Shown piece after piece: positions 1 through 10,312 of a stretch of 64,000 nt of DNA. The notes under the pieces were generated by a model that was given only the letters and a program-made list of their open reading frames with translations, was not told where the DNA came from and searched no databases. The position numbers and the translations under genes were made by a program. The stretch comes from an uncultured virus (IMG/VR IMGVR_UViG_3300024518_000036) (taxonomy: Duplodnaviria; Heunggongvirae; Uroviricota; Caudoviricetes). How positions within the stretch are numbered: the stretch's first letter is position 1; each line of letters opens with the position of its first letter. The stretch lies in the IMG/VR virus record IMGVR_UViG_3300024518_000036. One strand, 5' to 3'.

Positions 1-1
1 C

Positions 2-499
2 AGCGTGGACACGGGTGTCCGCCTCAACGAGGATCAACCAGTTTTTGATGGTGGTCTTGCTCTTGCCGAAAGCAATGGCAACCTCGTCGATGTCACCGAG
101 GATGTCGTGAAGCCGCTGAGCCTTCACGGCCTTGGCAAGAACGTCATCGCTCTGGCGAAGCTCGTTGGCGCTGATCATGATGCCCTGCACCCGCTTGTCG
201 TCAACAGTCTTCGGGAGGACCGGGACCTTCACGCCGTACTCACCGGCCGTGTCAGCAGTGCCCGCCGCTTTTCTAGCAGCCCTGACCCGTTGGCGACCGT
301 CAATCACGATGGTCATACCAGCCTCCTGCCGGACCAGGACCGGGACCTGGATGCCGTAGACGATGATGTTCTTCACCAGATTCTGGTCTACCGGAAGAAA
401 CACCCGTTCGTCAAAGAGGGGGTGCTCGTGCCGGTCATCGGTGTCCAAACCGATGATGACAAGGCTGTTGGGGTCCACGTACTCGATTTTCTGCGCCAT
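2..499 (-). CDS. ParB/Srx-family N-terminal domain protein with HTH (partial, runs off the window start)
   Basis: Absent from the ORF track because it is truncated; translated by hand from the ATG at 499, which follows the RBS CACAGGAG. MAQKIEYVDPNSLVII...IVYGIQVPVLVR...IVIDGRQRVRAA...NELRQSD...EVAIAFGKSKTTIKNWL fits the ParB GxxRxxA box plus an HTH. Confidence 0.75.
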   Translation of the reverse strand, partial: MAQKIEYVDPNSLVIIGLDTDDRHEHPLFDERVFLPVDQNLVKNIIVYGIQVPVLVRQEAGMTIVIDGRQRVRAARKAAGTADTAGEYGVKVPVLPKTVDDKRVQGIMISANELRQSDDVLAKAVKAQRLHDILGDIDEVAIAFGKSKTTIKNWLILVEADTRVHA

Positions 500-574
500 G
501 ATTGGCTCCTGTGTTGTTGTTCTTGTGCTGTTTCTGTTGTGCCCCTCTCGGAGGCGAGTTTTCTCGTCACCTGA

Positions 575-612
575 CGGAATCTGTCAAGTGGCAAGAGGTT
601 TGTCAACTGGCA
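575..612 (-). promoter_or_regulatory. Putative sigma70-type early promoter (TGCCAG-TTGACA-N17-CAGATT)
   Basis: Intergenic TTGACA with a -10-like hexamer 17 bp downstream. The 13-mer TGCCAGTTGACAA recurs exactly upstream of the Cas12f-like gene (35990-36002). Confidence 0.5.
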
Positions 613-1001
613 TTTTGCTCTGGCTTGAACTCCTCCCACAACTCGTCGATCTTCCTGTTCACGTCGTAAGGCTGCTCTGGCTCTTCCACGACGGCAGCAA
701 GAGCATGAAGGTCGCCAAGATCTGCAGCCCACCACACCCAGAAGTTCGCGGTGTGATTCGACCGCCAGCCCGTGTACTCCGGGCCTTCTCTCACTCCGAT
801 GGTCTCTCCGTACTTGCGGCAAGCAAGCCACGCCGAGGTGCGGGAAGTGACGACGACAACAAGGTTGTCTTTCCGGCGGGAAGCTCGGCTCTTGCTGACA
901 GCGAAGACCCGATGGGTCTGGGATGCTCGCCAGAACCCGATACCTCTCCTCACCTCAAGAGGCAAGTCCGTGGTTCGAGTCACCGGATCGTCGTCAGCCA
1001 T
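603..1001 (-). CDS. Hypothetical protein
   Basis: ORF 603..1148; start moved to the ATG at 1001, which follows GGAGG. The C-terminal region has a GDLHALA tag variant. Confidence 0.6.
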   Translation of the reverse strand: MADDDPVTRTTDLPLEVRRGIGFWRASQTHRVFAVSKSRASRRKDNLVVVVTSRTSAWLACRKYGETIGVREGPEYTGWRSNHTANFWVWWAADLGDLHALAAVVEEPEQPYDVNRKIDELWEEFKPEQNAS

Positions 1002-1701
1002 CACTACCTCCAGTCGTCGGGTCGGGCAGGAGTTGAAGAAAGGGACCGGCACCTGTCGGCTCCGGTCCACTGTCCTCCCGCTCGCTCCTCTGCACTTCAC
1101 GATCGGCCATCTCCAACCAGTAGAGCTGGTCTTCAATCTCGTTGACATCCTCTCCTGCGTCTTCGGCCCAGGCCCGAAGGCGTGGCCCGTTGATAGGAAG
1201 AAGGGTCGGGAGGTCGAAGCCCTGCTCCGGGCGCCGAACAGGTTTGCGTCGCCACCGACTCAGGTAGCGCCGGGAGACAGTGGTCCCCGTAGCGGCTTCG
1301 GCCTTGCAAAAGGCGCTGCTGATCACCCGCTCGAAGCGGTTGCGCTCGTTCTTCGGTACGTGGGCCCACAGCTGCAAGACGCAGCCGGTCATCGACGGCT
1401 CTCCGTACCCGTAGAACGCCACTTGAACGTCCTCCCAAGCGTAGGAGAGGTTCTCTTCGTCAGGACGGCCTCCATACCCGAAGTCGATGTAAGCGATGCT
1501 GAATACAGCAAACTTGAACTTCTTGTAGGCACGCTGGAATTGCACGGTCCGCTTGCTCGACTTCGCGTAGCTGTCCAGAATCTTCTCTGCTTCCTTGTAA
1601 GCAAATCGATCCGATTGGTGTTTCATGTAGTTTCTCTGGAGGGGTAGAAAGGAGGTGGGGAGGGCGCCCCTACTTGAGAGAGGCGCCCGGTAGGTGTTCA
1701 T
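994..1701 (-). CDS. Hypothetical protein (start uncertain)
   Basis: ORF that tiles the minus-strand gene block. Confidence 0.55.
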   Translation of the reverse strand: MNTYRAPLSSRGALPTSFLPLQRNYMKHQSDRFAYKEAEKILDSYAKSSKRTVQFQRAYKKFKFAVFSIAYIDFGYGGRPDEENLSYAWEDVQVAFYGYGEPSMTGCVLQLWAHVPKNERNRFERVISSAFCKAEAATGTTVSRRYLSRWRRKPVRRPEQGFDLPTLLPINGPRLRAWAEDAGEDVNEIEDQLYWLEMADREVQRSEREDSGPEPTGAGPFLQLLPDPTTGGSDG

Positions 1702-1707
1702 GGGAAG

Positions 1708-2874
1708 CTACTTCTTCTCTTCGACCGGAATGTGCCCCCCGTTCTTGAGTGCAAGGGCGCGCCCCTTGCTCAACAACCGAGAAGCAGCCCGCTCCACCTC
1801 GTACTGCATGAACATGTCGTCTTCGCTCTGTGCTGCCAGAGTGATGGCGTCGATGACCGAGGCGAGCATCCCGCCCGGAGTGGTCGTGACATCAGAGAGC
1901 GCAGCCTGCGCACCCTTGACCACCCGCTCCGGAACCGCAGGCATGAGCCCCAGCTCCTGCTCCAGCCACACGAAGGCGTTGTCGATGCCAATATCCATCG
2001 CTGCCTTGTAAGCTTCGACGACACCGCTAGCCGACGTGGTGAGGTTGGTAAAGGCATTCTGGACCCCCGAGCGAATGCGCTCTGCGTCTCCCCTATGAAT
2101 CCAGTTGTACTCGGTCTGGCTGTTCCAGTGACCCATGCCGTTGGTGCAAACCAACTTCCACATCCCACCACGAAGACCGACCTTGCGACGAGCAACCTCG
2201 GAGTTCCACGCCTCGATCATCGGGATGGGCTCGTTCAGCAGTGCGCTCTGGTCAAGGTTAGCCAGCCCGAACAATTCGTTGTCCATCCCAGCGAACCGGA
2301 TGCGCATTCCCGAATCCGTCACCCTCCAGTCGAGGACCGGCAGGTTCTTGTAGTCCCCGGCGTGGTCGAGGATGTCCTGCACGAACTCCAAGTTCGAGTA
2401 GGTGGCATAGGTCTGGCTGACAGTCGCACGAACGACGCGTGCGATCTCCCCGTCGACCTTCATGCGAATGGTCCGCACCTTTCTCGGCGTGCTGCTATGC
2501 TTGCGTGCGAACTTGGCCCACACCATGGTCGAGAGCCTGCCGCCGTGCTCGTCCATCTTCGCAAGCTGCTTCAAGCCCTTGAAGAAGTGACCCGGCAGAA
2601 CGTAGCTCTGGGTTGAGGACGCCCCAATGTCCGTGAAGCGGAAGGTCGTCTCTTCGCGACCGTTCGGCCCGAGCCAGAAGGCTTCCATGTGACCTTTGCT
2701 GAAGTCCACGTGAAACTGGTCGAGAGTCCGCTCGTGGTCAACGGGGTCCTGGAGGCGGTTCAGCTTGGCGAGGTAATCGCGAACCTCTTCCAGGTGAAAG
2801 GTTGAAAGAACTCCTTTCTCGGAGCCCCGACGAACCAAAGTCCTGTCGCCGATTGTGAATGCTGCTGTGCTCAT
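1708..2874 (-). CDS. DUF932-family phage protein
   Basis: Motifs VRATVSQTYATYSNLEFV, WNSEVARRKV, GGMWKLVCTNGM and WIHRG are typical of DUF932. The ATG at 2874 follows AACACAGGAG. Confidence 0.75.
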   Translation of the reverse strand: MSTAAFTIGDRTLVRRGSEKGVLSTFHLEEVRDYLAKLNRLQDPVDHERTLDQFHVDFSKGHMEAFWLGPNGREETTFRFTDIGASSTQSYVLPGHFFKGLKQLAKMDEHGGRLSTMVWAKFARKHSSTPRKVRTIRMKVDGEIARVVRATVSQTYATYSNLEFVQDILDHAGDYKNLPVLDWRVTDSGMRIRFAGMDNELFGLANLDQSALLNEPIPMIEAWNSEVARRKVGLRGGMWKLVCTNGMGHWNSQTEYNWIHRGDAERIRSGVQNAFTNLTTSASGVVEAYKAAMDIGIDNAFVWLEQELGLMPAVPERVVKGAQAALSDVTTTPGGMLASVIDAITLAAQSEDDMFMQYEVERAASRLLSKGRALALKNGGHIPVEEKK

Positions 2875-2935
2875 GTTGTTCTCCTGTGTTGTTTCGGGGG
2901 TTTTGGGCGCGACCCTCACGCGCGTGGTATTTTGT

Positions 2936-2973
2936 TTTGACAAATCCTCTCACGAGAACTGTCAGTTGTCAAA
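2936..2973 (-). promoter_or_regulatory. Putative promoter TTGACA-N17-GAGGAT inside an 8-bp inverted repeat (TTTGACAA...TTGTCAAA), possibly an operator
   Basis: Seen directly in the intergenic region upstream of the DUF932 gene. Confidence 0.45.
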
Positions 2974-3164
2974 CTATATGACTGAGTTTGTCTCAGCCTG
3001 GAAGAATCCTGTTCAGGTTGGCAATCGTACGCTCGGTAAGGATCTTCTCAGCACTACCACTGTCAGTGTTGCGATACCGACCTTGCGCATCTCTGCTTGA
3101 AGGGCAGAGACGGCTCCTGCCAGAGTCATGATTCTTCTTCTCGGTGTCATCGTCTTAATCACTG

Positions 3165-3911
3165 TCAGCTCCCCAAGAAAAAGGTGTACCCCTCGACGTC
3201 TCCGTCGGGATCGTCCGCTTCAGCCAGCAGTTCGAGGTCGTGTCTTGGGATCACGTCCACCGACTCCAAGAAGACGTGATGCTCGTCTTTCGTCGTCCTG
3301 ATCTGCTGCTCTGCGATCACACACAGCTCCAACCAAGTCGGGTTGGTGAGGATGTCAGAGAAGTAGAGCTTCGCCTCCTCTCCACCCCAGAACTTGTCTG
3401 GATGAGCCACTACGATTCCACGGCCCTTGAAGGCCACCTCGTCGAGGTTGTCGCCCGGCTCGTCGTCATAGGCGGAGTAGCGGACGTGAAAGGGAGGTTC
3501 TAGTCCAGCTGCCCGGAGAGCCGCTTCAACTCGAATCTCTTGCTCATCGGACAGGCGAAACGACTTCTTTTCCTCCTCCGAGTAGTCGGAGTCTGGCTTG
3601 TCCCACCACTTGGGCTCTGGCTCGGCCCCCGATTCCACCCACTCGACCGGCTCGATGACGACACGGTACTCAGGACCGTACTCGTCGATGGCCTCGCAGT
3701 AGCCCTTGTGGGCCGCCTCAATGCCCCGGTAGGCACCGAGGCGTCCCTTCGGCCACCGCGCCTCCAAGGGACTGGAGGCGTCGGACCCGAACTCATCACG
3801 CCTACGAACGCAGACGTAGAAATCAGTCTTGCTCTGTCGAATCATCTTCTCTCCTTTCCAGAACAGGTGGTCTTTCCCCCTCGGGTCCCGCTGCTGCTGC
3901 CCGCTCATCAA
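3165..3911 (-). CDS. Hypothetical protein with near-C-terminal HDLELLA tag
   Basis: 248-aa ORF overlapping the stop codon of the upstream gene. Confidence 0.65.
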   Translation of the reverse strand: MMSGQQQRDPRGKDHLFWKGEKMIRQSKTDFYVCVRRRDEFGSDASSPLEARWPKGRLGAYRGIEAAHKGYCEAIDEYGPEYRVVIEPVEWVESGAEPEPKWWDKPDSDYSEEEKKSFRLSDEQEIRVEAALRAAGLEPPFHVRYSAYDDEPGDNLDEVAFKGRGIVVAHPDKFWGGEEAKLYFSDILTNPTWLELCVIAEQQIRTTKDEHHVFLESVDVIPRHDLELLAEADDPDGDVEGYTFFLGS

Positions 3912-5230
3912 GCCCCCTCGGGCCAGCTGACCAAGCCGAGACCCACGACGAGAACGAGAACCTCTTCGAGGGGAAGCTCGGGCTCTTCTCCACGAGCAGA
4001 CCGGAGAGCACGCACTTCCGGCGTGTCCATGCGCTCACGAAGACGAGACAGCTCCGCTGTAGTTCCCTCTCCGAGGAGGAAGTTGATGGTCTCCTCCACA
4101 TAATCGAACTCGACCGGCTCCGGGTCACCCGTGTCAAGCGCCGGAGGCACGCTGTTCCCGGTGGCCTCCCGAACCTTCTCCCACCAGTTGGCCAGAACGT
4201 TCTCGTCCGGCCACGTGTAGACCGTTCTTTTGGCCTCTTTGCCGCTCGGCAACCGGACCTTAGTCACGCTGGGCAAGAGGTCGGGATTCTCCTTTTCCAA
4301 GAGGCTCAGAGCAGCATAAAACAGGCTCTTGCTAACTCCCAGAGCGGACGCTGCAGCCCGGACCCCCACAACCGGCGGGGACGACATCGGCACAGGCGCG
4401 ACGGGGACGGGGTGCCGGACGGCTGTGATGCCTGCGTGGGCTTCGACGGTATCCACCACCTTGCCGACCCAGTTCAGCCTCTTCCACTCTTTGAAGCGGT
4501 AAGCGTTGGCCTTCGATTTCACGGGATCGCTGGTGATTTGCCACACCACCCGAGAAAAGACCCAGTCCCCTCCAGTCGAGGTTGCCTTAACAATGGACGG
4601 CTTCTTCAACTTCGGAGAAGCAACGAGATCCTTCACAGTCCCTACCCAAACCGCACCGGTGGGAGGAGACTTGCAAGTGGAAGGACGAACAACAAGAGCA
4701 TAGACGCAGCCCGGCTCTTCTTGAAAGAAGGAGTCGGGTACGGTGAAAGGCAGCCCCAGCACACCCCTCACCCACTTCTCACCGGACGACCTCGTAACCT
4801 CCCGGTACTGGTAATCGTCCTTGTTCGGCTTCTTGCTTTGCTCCGCCTGGGTCGCCAGAGGCAAGCCGCGCGCTTCGAGGTCCCGTCCCTCTTGATACCA
4901 AGACCGCACGTGCTCTTCATCCCGCCAACGCCAAGAGAACTTGTTGGTTCCCTGCTGACTCGACACCTTCAGCGGGGCGTTGCTTCCGGCAAAGTCGAGC
5001 AACAGCAGCTTGCTAATGGCGTACTGCGTCACACCGAGCACTTTGCTCGCTCCCCTATGCCCACGGATCTCTTCATCTTTCCTACTCAACTCTTCCATAC
5101 TCAGCTCCTTTCTTCTGTTTTGGTTCCAGTGCGTCGAGCACCAGCCCCTAGCTCTGTAATCACGCTTGCAGCCAGAAACGGTGCAAGTCCTTTCTTCTTC
5201 ACCAACAGCCCCTTCGGCTGCCAAGTGCAC
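3908..5230 (-). CDS. Putative DNA-binding protein (Cys/His finger plus two HTH-like segments)
   Basis: CTVSGC...ARGWCSTHW finger. IRGHRGASKVLGVTQYAI and VVGVRAAASALGVSKSLFY look like repeated HTHs. Confidence 0.55.
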   Translation of the reverse strand: MHLAAEGAVGEEERTCTVSGCKRDYRARGWCSTHWNQNRRKELSMEELSRKDEEIRGHRGASKVLGVTQYAISKLLLLDFAGSNAPLKVSSQQGTNKFSWRWRDEEHVRSWYQEGRDLEARGLPLATQAEQSKKPNKDDYQYREVTRSSGEKWVRGVLGLPFTVPDSFFQEEPGCVYALVVRPSTCKSPPTGAVWVGTVKDLVASPKLKKPSIVKATSTGGDWVFSRVVWQITSDPVKSKANAYRFKEWKRLNWVGKVVDTVEAHAGITAVRHPVPVAPVPMSSPPVVGVRAAASALGVSKSLFYAALSLLEKENPDLLPSVTKVRLPSGKEAKRTVYTWPDENVLANWWEKVREATGNSVPPALDTGDPEPVEFDYVEETINFLLGEGTTAELSRLRERMDTPEVRALRSARGEEPELPLEEVLVLVVGLGLVSWPEGA

Positions 5231-5263
5231 CTATCACTTTCCAGATCTTCATTGGGTCATCTC

Positions 5264-5698
5264 CTACCAGTTGTATGTTTTGAAGCCGGTTTTCGTCCCG
5301 GCAAGTGTTTCGAGGTCACTGACCTCATAGGTGTCTGCGTCCTGGTCGAAGTTGACCAGAATGCAGTCGTTGTCGAGGGCGTACTTGACGATGGGCTTCA
5401 GCCACGCTGGACAAGGCAGGTGAGCCTCTTCCCCCGCACTGGTCAGGAAGAGAACCCAGCCGAACGCGTGGCTCTCGGCCCGAGCCCCACCCCAGTCAGG
5501 GTTAGGCCCGGGCATGTGTGCTGTGCTGAGATCCAGCGAGATCCAGCGATCAAGCAACGTCTGGTCCGGGATCTCGACATTGCCCGCTTCAATGTGAGCA
5601 ACGATGCAGCTGTCGTCGATCTCACCGAGGATGTCTGCGGCTTCGATCTCCCCATTACGGACAAGGTACGGTGGAATTTCCACTGTGACTGTGGGCAT
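5264..5698 (-). CDS. DUF5983-like small phage/plasmid protein carrying the SDLETLA tag
   Basis: LDLSTAHM...GW...PAWLKPIVKYALDNDCILVNFDQDA...YNW pattern, recognised from memory. RBS AACACAGGAGG. Confidence 0.55.
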   Translation of the reverse strand: MPTVTVEIPPYLVRNGEIEAADILGEIDDSCIVAHIEAGNVEIPDQTLLDRWISLDLSTAHMPGPNPDWGGARAESHAFGWVLFLTSAGEEAHLPCPAWLKPIVKYALDNDCILVNFDQDADTYEVSDLETLAGTKTGFKTYNW

Positions 5699-5762
5699 GA
5701 TTGCCCTCCTGTGTTTTGAGCTGTTAAGCTCGGTTGTTGTGAGCCTTTAGGCTCGGTTGAAA

Positions 5763-7661
5763 CTACTCTTCGTCTTTGCCACGCGGCTTGAGTGGCGACT
5801 GGCGGACTTCGATGTCGTCGATGCCACGACGGACTCGAACTTTCCTCGGCTTTAGGTCTCCGCTGCCTGCCCAGCAGCCCTTTCTAGGCCGCTCGACCTG
5901 GCAGTACTCTACTTCGCCATCCTTCTTGGTGGTACGCGTCTTGGTGGCAAAGACCTTCTCTGTGGGGGAAGTCCGGTCCCGACGAATCCACGGCTTCCAC
6001 ACGTGAGCCTCTCGCTGGTGCAGACCAACCAAGACGCCAGTGGTCCCTCCCCCAGCACTGTCCCGCTCTCGATTGGCGGAGTCTTGGCACCAAGTGGCCG
6101 ACCACGTATGCAACCCGTCATCGTCGAGGTTGATTTGAAGAACCGCAGCCAAGCTAAGCCTGGCTTTTCTCGACTTCTTCTTTCGGGCCTTGTTCTTTTC
6201 CTTATCCTTCTTCACCACGTCGTGATGAAAGTTGTGGAGAGCAGCGATCAGGTTCACGGTCATGTGAACGAGTCTGAAGTAGGGGAGAGCAAGCACGACT
6301 TCGGCCGCAGCTCGCTGAGTTACAGGAGTACCTGCCTTCTGCGCTTCCTCTCGAACTCCTCGAATAGCCCGAGCTACTTCGTCATCGAAGTCTCTCCGCC
6401 GAACGTAGTAGGGAGCGTCCACCTGCTTCCATACGTGGGAGTAGCCTCTTTCCCACCACTGAGCCGGAGCAGGTCCCAGGTGCCATCGGACGATTTCTAG
6501 GTGTTCGTCGAAAAAGACGCCTCGCGGAGCACCGAACGACATGACGTAGTTGCCGCTGTCCGCTGCGAGACTGTCCCACCGGAACACGATGCCCTCACCA
6601 AAACCAATGGCCGTCGCCCCAGGAGCAGACAAGTGGTTCCAGTGACACGGTGACAGGCCCAGAGCAGCACGCTCTACAGCAACTCGGAAAAGAGTCTCTT
6701 GAGAACGTTCCGAAACCTGGACCATACGGCGCTGGGCACGGCCCCAAATAGCGACTGCTCGAAGTAGGCGCCGCTGGCGAGACTCGCCCTCCTTGCTCAT
6801 GTCGCCAGAGCCAAGGGCGCTCTCTCGAAGGACTCGCGTAACGGCCTGCTCATAGGTGCCAGCCGTAAGCAGCAGCCGCTGATACTTGTGTGGCAAGTGG
6901 GACCACGGGTACTCCATGACCTTTAGGTCTTCCTCCAGAGCCAGAGAAACAAGATCTACTTCTTGCTCCGTCAGGAACCCCTCTTGGACTAGCTTCTCGA
7001 TGGCCTTCGGGAGCAGCCCTGAATGCCCCAGGCCAATGGCCATGATGCGTTGCATACGCTCGCATCTGTCCGTGTACTCCTCGATGCTCCTCGCTCGACT
7101 TCGCTCCCGCTGGTCGATGATCTCTCGCATGGCCTTCATTCGTCCGTGATGAGTCTTGGCCTCGCCAATGTCTGCAAGAACAAGCCGAACCAAGTCAATG
7201 CGGCGAACCAAGCCCTCTCGATACCCCAACATCACCCCGTTGGGTCCAAACGGGAGGGTTGGGTCAAACTTCACGATGAAATCTTGCTCCCTCGAAAACC
7301 GGGAGGGCCTCTCCTCTAATATGGTGCCCACATCCCCAGAGTACGCAATTCGCTCCTTTCTGCCCACTGAGTTCTTTGAGTAGACACTTCGAGTCACCCG
7401 AACCCGCTGACCCACTTTCAATCCACGGTCTTCCTCCGTGTATGTGGCGGCGTCGAGGTATACGCCGGGAACGTAGATCTCCTTAGCTCCGGCATGGCAG
7501 CACGGACAATTCCCTCCGTGGGGCATGAATCGAACGCGGTACATGTCCTTGCCTCCGACCTTGACAATCGTGCCCCTCTTGTCCTCGTAGAACATGACCG
7601 TGCCCTGGCGACGGTACGTTTGAGTCGTGATCACGGAGTCACCTACTTTGAACTTCATCAT
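5763..7661 (-). CDS. Large hypothetical protein with N-terminal SH3/KOW-like repeats
   Basis: FKVGDSV...GTIV and LKVGQRVRV...VGTIL repeats. The ATG at 7661 overlaps the upstream stop. Confidence 0.6.
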   Translation of the reverse strand: MMKFKVGDSVITTQTYRRQGTVMFYEDKRGTIVKVGGKDMYRVRFMPHGGNCPCCHAGAKEIYVPGVYLDAATYTEEDRGLKVGQRVRVTRSVYSKNSVGRKERIAYSGDVGTILEERPSRFSREQDFIVKFDPTLPFGPNGVMLGYREGLVRRIDLVRLVLADIGEAKTHHGRMKAMREIIDQRERSRARSIEEYTDRCERMQRIMAIGLGHSGLLPKAIEKLVQEGFLTEQEVDLVSLALEEDLKVMEYPWSHLPHKYQRLLLTAGTYEQAVTRVLRESALGSGDMSKEGESRQRRLLRAVAIWGRAQRRMVQVSERSQETLFRVAVERAALGLSPCHWNHLSAPGATAIGFGEGIVFRWDSLAADSGNYVMSFGAPRGVFFDEHLEIVRWHLGPAPAQWWERGYSHVWKQVDAPYYVRRRDFDDEVARAIRGVREEAQKAGTPVTQRAAAEVVLALPYFRLVHMTVNLIAALHNFHHDVVKKDKEKNKARKKKSRKARLSLAAVLQINLDDDGLHTWSATWCQDSANRERDSAGGGTTGVLVGLHQREAHVWKPWIRRDRTSPTEKVFATKTRTTKKDGEVEYCQVERPRKGCWAGSGDLKPRKVRVRRGIDDIEVRQSPLKPRGKDEE

Positions 7662-8377
7662 TACCTCCCCTCCGTGCCGTTCTGAGACGACTGAACGAAC
7701 CACTGCGGGAGTGGAACCTTACCAACCGCGTACTCCCAGCCGTGCCGCCAGCCCGCCAAGTACTCCTCGCCTTCCTCTTCCCCGCTGTTGCAGCGTTGCA
7801 TCCCAGAGATGAACCCGGCCATGTACTCGACGGGACTCTGCTCACGCAACCTTTCCCAACGCCGGTGATGCAGACTCTGTCCACTCGACAGCGCGTTCGA
7901 GAGGATCTTCAAGTCAGAGTCCGGGTGGTGCTGTTCGATGTACTCTTCAGCCAGTTTCTTGGCCTTGGTACGAACATGAGACGCCGTGTTCCCCGGTACT
8001 CCACCGACGACAACCCCGAGCCCTTTGCTCGTGGCAGCCAAGAGAAACCGAGCCTCCCAACCGTGACACCAGTTGAGGTTGAAGCAGTCGGGATTCCACT
8101 CCTCTCCCAAAAGGTCTCTGACTTCCGGCAGCGTCACACGAGCCAAGTCAATGTGCTTGGCGTAAGCATAATATGGAGCGATCCCCGGCTTGTGTCCGAC
8201 CATTCGTTCGGTGCCTCGAACGACGATGATCAAGTAGACGAGCGGTGGAGTGTTCCTGCCGCGAAGGGGATACGGCCCCTTGTACCAAGCGCCTCCTTTC
8301 TTCTTCCAGTCAGCCTCTTTTGTGAGGCATGTCCACTTCGCCCGTGCCTCTTCTCCAGGCTCTTGCCAGACCTTCAC
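7661..8377 (-). CDS. Hypothetical protein
   Basis: The GTG at 8377 overlaps the upstream TGA. Contains SDLKILS. Confidence 0.6.
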   Translation of the reverse strand: MKVWQEPGEEARAKWTCLTKEADWKKKGGAWYKGPYPLRGRNTPPLVYLIIVVRGTERMVGHKPGIAPYYAYAKHIDLARVTLPEVRDLLGEEWNPDCFNLNWCHGWEARFLLAATSKGLGVVVGGVPGNTASHVRTKAKKLAEEYIEQHHPDSDLKILSNALSSGQSLHHRRWERLREQSPVEYMAGFISGMQRCNSGEEEGEEYLAGWRHGWEYAVGKVPLPQWFVQSSQNGTEGR

Positions 8378-8862
8378 TTGCTCTGCCCCTGGATGCGCTC
8401 CTCGCACCACTCGACTGCGTCCTCCCGAATCATCTTCCAAATCCGCTCCTTGAAGCGCCGCTTGGTGTTGCCGCAGCAGTTCGTCCTCAGCCCAAGGTGA
8501 GCACGAACCTCGTCGGCAGTGATGTAGCGGTCTTCCCACTTCTCTTCACCGTCCTCACCCTGCTTCATGCGCAGCCGGGCTCCTGAAATGCGCTGTTCAA
8601 TCATCACTTGCACGACCACCTCCTCGACGTTCTTCACGTCGATCTTCCCCTCGCAGCCAAGACCCATCATCATCCAGATGAGTGAGTTGGTGATGGGGTT
8701 CAGCACCTTGATGTTGCCATCATCGTCCTCGTGCCACGCCGGAGCGAAGAATCCCTGAGTCCCGTGCTTGCGGATGCTGTCGGCTTCCTCTTGGTCCGTG
8801 ACGACGTCCCAGCAGACCTCCTCGTGGTTGTCGATGTCAGTTAAATCCCAGTTGAGCGACAT
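8374..8862 (-). CDS. Hypothetical phage protein
   Basis: 162-aa ORF with GGAGG RBS and TAATG coupling. Confidence 0.7.
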   Translation of the reverse strand: MSLNWDLTDIDNHEEVCWDVVTDQEEADSIRKHGTQGFFAPAWHEDDDGNIKVLNPITNSLIWMMMGLGCEGKIDVKNVEEVVVQVMIEQRISGARLRMKQGEDGEEKWEDRYITADEVRAHLGLRTNCCGNTKRRFKERIWKMIREDAVEWCEERIQGQSK

Positions 8863-9605
8863 TACGCCTCCTTCTTCTTGTTAGTTTTCTTGCTTGTAAG
8901 CACAGCTAGTTTGACCCTTGCTTTTGCCAAAGCGACTTCGCCCTTCTGCTCCCTTTCGACCGCCTCTGTCAACTGTTGTTGAAGCTGTCGCCGACCCAGC
9001 CTCAGCCAGGTGAGATCCGATGTGTACCGCCGAACCTTGTCTATAGCCCCGGTCAGCTTCTGCGCGTGGCTCGACCCTTTCTCGGCCTTCTCGCAGATGG
9101 CTACTTCGCAAGACGGGAGGACTACCGTGTCCAGGAAGTAATAGGCACAGTTCTGAGGCCAACCGTACTTCCCCGGCTCCTCCTCCGCTTGATCTCGGAA
9201 CTCTTGTCGGAGAGCGTTGCCCAGAGAGGAGGTTGGTCCGAGGGCAAGAAGCACACCCCGAGCGATTTCTCGCAGGGACTTTCGTGGGATCATGGGGTCT
9301 TCTCTGCCCAAGGCTGCTACCGTTTCCAGATCAGACCCAAACAGGCCATTGCGACGAGAGATGCCTACCCGAAGCCGAGTATGATGACTCTGGTGATCTC
9401 CGGTCCAGATGGTTTGGGCCTCGGCTTTAACCACACCCGATTTACCCCCGTAGTAACGAATCCAGACCTCATCAGGAACCTGGATCAGCGGTACATCAGC
9501 AGGATGTCCAGGAGGGGGATTTAGTCCCTTGGCGGAGTTCATCACGCGCTCTATGAGGTATTGAAGCCCCTCACTGTCGTAATAGGTCGTGTTACTCCAC
9601 TTCAT
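8862..9605 (-). CDS. Paralog family A, member 1 (NxTxY-x3-L N-terminus, C-terminal coiled coil)
   Basis: NTTYYDSEGL; ISRRNGLFGSDLETVA. Confidence 0.7.
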   Translation of the reverse strand: MKWSNTTYYDSEGLQYLIERVMNSAKGLNPPPGHPADVPLIQVPDEVWIRYYGGKSGVVKAEAQTIWTGDHQSHHTRLRVGISRRNGLFGSDLETVAALGREDPMIPRKSLREIARGVLLALGPTSSLGNALRQEFRDQAEEEPGKYGWPQNCAYYFLDTVVLPSCEVAICEKAEKGSSHAQKLTGAIDKVRRYTSDLTWLRLGRRQLQQQLTEAVEREQKGEVALAKARVKLAVLTSKKTNKKKEA

Positions 9606-10312
9606 CGGTCGCTCCTACCTTGCTCCATGAGCTTGTTCTGAAGCGCAAGCTGAGCTTCTGCCTCAAAGACGAGAGACTTGGCCTCCGCCTCACGAGCATC
9701 CTGGAGGCGCTTCGTGTACTCAACGAGAAAGCGCTGGACTTTGCTGACTTCTATCTGGTTGCCCTCACGCCTAAGGGCTGCTCGGTGAAGAAGTACCTCT
9801 TGGAAGGCCACCTCTTTTCGCCACCTCAGAATGTCTTTGGCCGGGTCTTTCTTGTCAAAGCGGAGACGTAGACTATGTTGAGCAATCGCTTTGCTGGCCC
9901 GGAAGCTACGGGACGGACGAAGACAAGACCACGAGGGACCCCTCTCGCTATGTTTCCACCGAACCATCAAATAGAGACGCCAGAGAATCTGTTGGATGAC
10001 CTCTTCTGGTGCTTCGTTGCTGGCCGCAGCTGCAAGCACTTCGAGTTCGTGCACTCCATCGAATCGAGTGGGGCGAGTAATACACAGGTTCTTGCTCCTA
10101 TAGCCCTCATCACCATTTCGCAGAGCCTTCACGAAGAGACCAGTGTTAGCCAGCTGCTGGTACTGTTCTTTCATTGACTTGCTCGGACTGTAGTAAGAAA
10201 CAGTGAGTTGCTCGGGTCTCCACTCGGTGCCTTCCCAGGCTGCCAGAACAATCTTTTCCAGATCTTCCGTGCTGTAGCGGGTCGTGTTGAAAAGTACCAA
10301 GTCATTGGGCAT
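9602..10312 (-). CDS. Paralog family A, member 2
   Basis: NTTRYSTEDL; ITRPTRFDGVHELEVLA. Confidence 0.7.
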   Translation of the reverse strand: MPNDLVLFNTTRYSTEDLEKIVLAAWEGTEWRPEQLTVSYYSPSKSMKEQYQQLANTGLFVKALRNGDEGYRSKNLCITRPTRFDGVHELEVLAAAASNEAPEEVIQQILWRLYLMVRWKHSERGPSWSCLRPSRSFRASKAIAQHSLRLRFDKKDPAKDILRWRKEVAFQEVLLHRAALRREGNQIEVSKVQRFLVEYTKRLQDAREAEAKSLVFEAEAQLALQNKLMEQGRSDR